Positions 63,059 to 64,000 of a stretch of 64,000 bases of DNA are shown here, in pieces. The position numbers were made by a program, and so were the translations under genes. Each line of letters begins with the position of its first letter. Positions within the stretch are counted from its first letter, which is position 1. The notes under the pieces are model-generated. The model was not told where the DNA came from and did not search any database. It worked only from the letters and a program-made list of their open reading frames with translations. Origin of the DNA: Podarcis cretensis (taxonomy: Eukaryota); contig OX638151.1 in assembly GCA_951804945.1 (NCBI GenBank), positions 68,510,001 to 68,574,000 on the forward strand, in the 5' to 3' direction.

Positions 63059-64000
63059 TTATTTTTCAGTTGCACTGTTGGAGGAATATAAAACAACTTT
63101 GCCAAAGGAAAGGAATCATGGGGCATCTGTATAATGTATGGGTTGTGACAACTTACTGAGAGTTATAAAGTCTAGGGCAGAAAGTTAAGAAGCAGGTAAC
63201 GATGGGCTGTGTTCAACTAAATTGTGGAAGCAGAATGACTTCCTCTTGTGCAACAGGATTTCCCACCTCTGCTCCCCACATGTGCCTTGCACCAATCCCA
63301 AATTGCTCTAGAAGGTTGGTGGAGGACCAAAACTGTTAACTGAAATGCAATGAAAGGGTTGAAAATTTGATCACCGTAAGGGCAAGAGGTTGCTTCAAGA
63401 AATTAAGAACTGCTTCAAGAAAATGGAAAATACATTATATGGACAGGCAGGGAAGATCTGTTTCAGGAACAAAGTATTTAAGTCCAATCAGAATTCACTA
63501 TATGAAGACAAAAATCAAATATAACCAAATGTGCAATATTGAACAAGAAAGAAAAAAATGCTGAGAAATATAGGCATAAATACAAGGAAAGGGGGCAATC
63601 ACTACAGAAGGTTTTAACACTGAAACATTGCCAATAATCTTTATTTGTATAATTAGCTTATTGGCAGTGGGAAAGACTGGCACCAATCAGATATCAGCAA
63701 CTGTAACTACAGAACAGGTTGTTCAGTACTACAGATGCTTAGCGAAGTTTATGAACAGCACCTCAGTAGCCCCTACAGCAAAACCCACTCACTAGGTGCC
63801 ACCAGAAACTTGAATGCATATGAAATGTGGTTCCTTCTGAAAGAAATTATAGCAAGGGCTGGACTTATCAACTGATTGGAATCAATATGGGTTCCCTTCA
63901 GGCACTAAAAGACTGCTGGAAATAATGCTTTAGCTTTCAACTCAAGGTAGATGCTTGACAAATAAAAAAAAATCTGGGCTACTAAACCTATGCATTCAAT

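Overview
This is vertebrate (not microbial) DNA: an AT-rich, CpG-depleted, almost entirely intronic stretch of a squamate reptile genome, probably a lacertid lizard judging by its Sauria SINE type. The only protein-coding sequence I can support is two internal exons of NKAIN2 (Na+/K+-ATPase-interacting protein 2) on the minus strand. Exon 2 lies at 58266-58403 and exon 3 at 32522-32602; exon 3 is missed by the ORF track. Both have canonical AG/GT sites and phase 0. The other ORFs in the track look like noise or decayed transposon sequence. The rest of the window is intron containing six Sauria SINEs of at least two subfamilies, all with readable target-site duplications (TSDs). It also holds other tRNA-derived SINEs, 3' fragments of Bov-B/RTE, CR1, L2, L1 and Penelope-like elements, many hAT, Tc1-mariner and palindromic MITEs, and microsatellites. 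I found no evidence of a new multi-gene system. The most unusual observations are: (1) a tailless internal 7SK RNA retrocopy with a perfect 14-bp TSD; (2) a Sauria SINE inserted into the TSD of a Bov-B fragment, giving a triplicated target site; (3) an AG|GTATGT recursive-splice-like start of NKAIN2 exon 2; (4) a ~98% identical inverted SINE pair; (5) compensatory base changes in the SINE 3' stem-loop. Repeat family names come from recalled consensus sequences and should be confirmed with Dfam/Repbase.
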